A stretch of 64,000 nt of DNA, taken from IMG/VR virus record IMGVR_UViG_3300031088_000737, positions 32,001 through 96,000 of that record; one strand, written 5' to 3'. Made by a program: the position numbers and the translations under genes. This document shows positions 61,279 through 64,000 of the stretch, in pieces (the stretch's first letter is position 1; each line of letters opens with the position of its first letter). The notes beneath the pieces were generated by a model that was not told the DNA's origin, did no database searches, and was given only the letters and a program-made list of their open reading frames with translations. The DNA comes from a virus.

Positions 61279-61335
61279 ATTATCACCTTGTTATACTAAT
61301 ATTATACAATAAAAATTATATTAATAAAGTGCCAC

Positions 61336-61617
61336 TTAGAAGTATTCTGCGTTCATGTTGTCGTTCACTTTTTTCACAAACTCATCAACATTAATGAAAA
61401 TCTTTTTAACAAGCTCTTTGTTGTCTTTAACAAATTCAGCATTTTCTTCAATCACTAATTCAACCACTGTATTGATGTAAAAATTCAAAAGTTCTTCTAA
61501 TTTCAAGAGTTCTTCCAAATCGGATTTTAATAAGGCGTCTCTGTCCAAACCATCAAATTTTTCTTTTATTGCAAGTAGTTTAACAGATAAATCATTTACT
61601 TTTTCTAAAAATGTCAT
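61336..61617 (-). CDS. Small helical hypothetical protein
   Basis: 93-aa ORF, GGAG SD. Confidence 0.65.
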   Translation of the reverse strand: MTFLEKVNDLSVKLLAIKEKFDGLDRDALLKSDLEELLKLEELLNFYINTVVELVIEENAEFVKDNKELVKKIFINVDEFVKKVNDNMNAEYF

Positions 61618-61854
61618 ATTTTAATCTCCAAGATTTTTAATGTTATTCTATAAACTAATATCATAATTTATACAAAAAGGAAGACAGTGACAGTGTTTAT
61701 TATTATATTTTTTAATCATTATAATATATGACGCCATTCAACTGACGTTACTTATTGTTTGTCTATCATGTCTCATTTTACGAAGTATTTCGTCTATTAT
61801 TATTCAATATTGTGAAAGTTGGCACGTATTTTGGGGGTATGTTGAAGAATGCTT

Positions 61855-61872
61855 TGTAAGCTTCCTCTTACA
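61855..61872. promoter_or_regulatory. GacA/UvrY upstream activating sequence
   Basis: TGTAAG-CTTCCT-CTTACA, an exact match to TGTAAG-N6-CTTACA. Confidence 0.75.
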
Positions 61873-62124
61873 AGACTTGTAGCCGATTATTAGTAGAACC
61901 TTAAATTGAAATCATGCAGAATGCCGAAATATTAAAAAAAAATATTGCAAAAAACCATAAATATTTAATATTCGATGATAAATATTTTTATATTATATGA
62001 TTTTGCTTTCAACTCAAGGACTTATTGAAATATAATAACAACTTTATTTATGAAAAAATGATAAAAAAAATGGAGTTATTCCTTTGGCGTCAATAAAAAA
62101 CCATGCAAAATACTATAAATCTAG

Positions 62125-62152
62125 TTGACATAAAATAAAATACTGTTAGTAT
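62125..62152 (+). promoter_or_regulatory. sigma70 promoter of the CsrB-like RNA
   Basis: TTGACA-16-TAGTAT with extended -10 TG. Confidence 0.65.
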
Positions 62153-62158
62153 GTAATT

Positions 62159-62469
62159 GTCAGCAAGGAAACAACAATAATAACTGCATAAAAAATGATT
62201 TTGAGTGTGGGCTGATGATGTAATGGACGACAATAAAAAAGGAATAGTGACTCAAGGATGTAAGCGTATCAGGATGATGATTTAAGGATATAGGGTTATA
62301 TCAGGACGATAGGGAATCACTCAATAAAGGACTGTTACAAGGAAAAGGAAGAAGAATTAGAATGCACGATGGAATATGTTCTAGTTTATGTACACGGAGT
62401 GTTAATTTGTTTTAATGGATGTAAAAACCAAAGGAATGATAAGAGAGTCGAAAGGCTCTCTTTTTTTTT
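62159..62469 (+). ncRNA. CsrB/RsmZ-like CsrA(RsmA)-sequestering sRNA
   Basis: 15 GGA motifs in about 280 nt, several in short hairpin loops (TATC-AGGAC-GATA, ATC-AGGAT-GAT); terminator GAGAGTC-GAAA-GGCTCTC-T9; no ORF; 5' end approximate. Confidence 0.8.
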
Positions 62470-62510
62470 CTTCAATTTTTGTGGTATACTGAAAAGAAAA
62501 CGAGATCAGT

Positions 62511-63143
62511 ATGATAAATGAATTAAAAGAAAAGTATAACGCCATTGCTGTATTCCCTTATGGCTCCAATGTCTATAAAAATAAAACGCCTGAAGATTTT
62601 GATTTTATTATTGTCAGTGATAAGCCTTATTTCCAAGAACAATTTGAACAAGACAATATAAAATATGAAATCAGTAATTATAGCAAAGAAGAGTTCTTAG
62701 AACGTCTGAAAGAACATGAAATCTCCGTTCTGGAATGTTTGTATATTCCACATAAAGAAAAATACCTCTCACCCGCACTCAGTCGTGAAATAGAAGGGTT
62801 TACTTTGGATAAAGAAAAATTAAGAGAAAGCTGCTCACAAAAAAGTTCAAACAGTTATGTGAAAGCTAAGAAGAAATTGATTATTGAAGAAGATTTTAAT
62901 TTAAGTGTGTCTTACAAGTCATTGTGGCATTCTCTTCGTATCCTAGATTTTGGTCTACAAATAGCTAAAACTAATAAAATCAATCCAGAAAGTTGCAATG
63001 AATTATATGACCAAGTGATTAAAGACTATCTTATCATGAAAAATGATTGGTCTAAACTTCACGAGAAGTATAAACCACTTCATAACAAGATAGCTTCTGA
63101 ATTTAAACAGGAATGTCCTAAAAAGATTCACAAATGTATGTAA
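62511..63143 (+). CDS. DNA polymerase beta-superfamily nucleotidyltransferase
   Basis: FPYGSNVY...EDFDFIIV (GS plus DxD) followed by a helical domain. Confidence 0.75.
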   Translation: MINELKEKYNAIAVFPYGSNVYKNKTPEDFDFIIVSDKPYFQEQFEQDNIKYEISNYSKEEFLERLKEHEISVLECLYIPHKEKYLSPALSREIEGFTLDKEKLRESCSQKSSNSYVKAKKKLIIEEDFNLSVSYKSLWHSLRILDFGLQIAKTNKINPESCNELYDQVIKDYLIMKNDWSKLHEKYKPLHNKIASEFKQECPKKIHKCM

Positions 63144-63786
63144 AGGTTGCTAGAAATAGCAACAACATAAATCCTTCACCATCATAGGTATTATGATTAG
63201 CTACAGCAGTATCATAAAATTTATAAAACTTGTCCAATCTATCACCTACAATAGACTTAACAATGCTTTGGTTTCCTTTTTCAAAGCACTCTGCAATAGC
63301 AGCAATACAAAATTTGAGAGCCATTTTTCTATTAAGCCCTAAATTCATTAGTATTTCTTCGACTTCCATTACTTTTAAATCATATGGATTTATTTCAACA
63401 CCTGTTTCTTTATAATACATGTGCATAAATAATGTCACAGTCATTGAACAGTTTTCTAGAATAAAATATCTTTCAACTTCTGAGCTTATACAGTTTTTAT
63501 CATCCACCAGTTCATTGATCTCAAATAAGACAAGATCTCTGTATGGTGAAGATGAATTGTCAACATAATCGTTTAGATAGTTATATAAAGTCGCCATGTG
63601 GTTGTCTGGATTGGCTGAGTTATGAAATCTTTCTCTCAACTTTCTTTCAATGTTATAGATAAACATTCTTTGGTTTAAAATATTAGCAGCAAACATTTCA
63701 ATGTTATCATTGGAAAAAGTATCTTTAAATGCCTCTTCCATTCGATGTAGGTCTGCTACATAATTATTCAATGCGACTTGAGTCAT
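63118..63786 (-). CDS. Hypothetical protein
   Basis: GGAG SD before ATG 63786 (MTQVAL). Confidence 0.7.
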   Translation of the reverse strand: MTQVALNNYVADLHRMEEAFKDTFSNDNIEMFAANILNQRMFIYNIERKLRERFHNSANPDNHMATLYNYLNDYVDNSSSPYRDLVLFEINELVDDKNCISSEVERYFILENCSMTVTLFMHMYYKETGVEINPYDLKVMEVEEILMNLGLNRKMALKFCIAAIAECFEKGNQSIVKSIVGDRLDKFYKFYDTAVANHNTYDGEGFMLLLFLATFTYICESF

Positions 63787-63907
63787 ACACTCTCCTTTTT
63801 CACCAATTATATAAAATAAACGAAATAAAGTCAACAAAAAAACTTTTTAAAAATTGATTACTATGCTATAATAATCATATTAACGTACATACAGGAAATT
63901 TATTATA

Positions 63908-64000
63908 ATGAGAACAGTTTACTTTTTATCAGCGATGCCGGGAACTGGTAAATCAACTTTTATTAGAGAACATGGTTTAGATGCTCATAGCTTGTCTTTG
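63908..64000 (+). CDS. P-loop kinase/ATPase, truncated by the window end (polynucleotide kinase-like N-terminus)
   Basis: MRTVYFLSAMPGTGKSTFIREHGL; only 31 codons visible. Confidence 0.55.
   Translation, partial: MRTVYFLSAMPGTGKSTFIREHGLDAHSLSL

Noticed and set aside
62161-62440. Repeated AAGGA as ribosome-binding sites of micro-ORFs
   Set aside because: No consistent downstream ORFs; density, hairpin context, terminator and GacA box fit a CsrB-type RNA better.

Overview
A 64-kb, strongly AT-rich, gene-dense segment of what looks like a very large mobile element (jumbo phage or megaplasmid) of a probable gammaproteobacterial host. No rRNA, capsid/terminase, integrase or transposase genes are recognisable here, so phage versus plasmid cannot be decided. 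About 60 CDS, mostly hypothetical and often tandem paralogs, surround isolated host-like genes (gap, trxB, proS, mutM, asnB-like, nucleoside 2-deoxyribosyltransferase, CNNM/CBS and AI-2E transporters), a lipase-RTX giant with two duplicated lipoproteins, and a degenerate DotL/IcmO homolog. The strongest signals are non-coding. (1) A minus-strand array of 11 tRNA genes, all tRNA-Leu, lies downstream of a sigma70 promoter, a 20-codon leader peptide using all six Leu codons and a complete set of alternative hairpins plus terminator. This looks like a Leu-tRNA-sensing translational attenuator controlling a tRNA array. (2) The array also holds a circularly permuted tRNA mimic, a fused double-cloverleaf RNA and a tRNA with an 8-nt anticodon loop. 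(3) A related Pro-codon leader attenuator precedes a minimal ProRS. (4) A CsrB/RsmZ-like RNA with 15 GGA motifs has a perfect GacA/UvrY box upstream. (5) Sixteen otherwise divergent proteins share a C-terminal M/I-x-x-hydrophobic tail. All calls come from manual reading; no database searches or folding programs were run.
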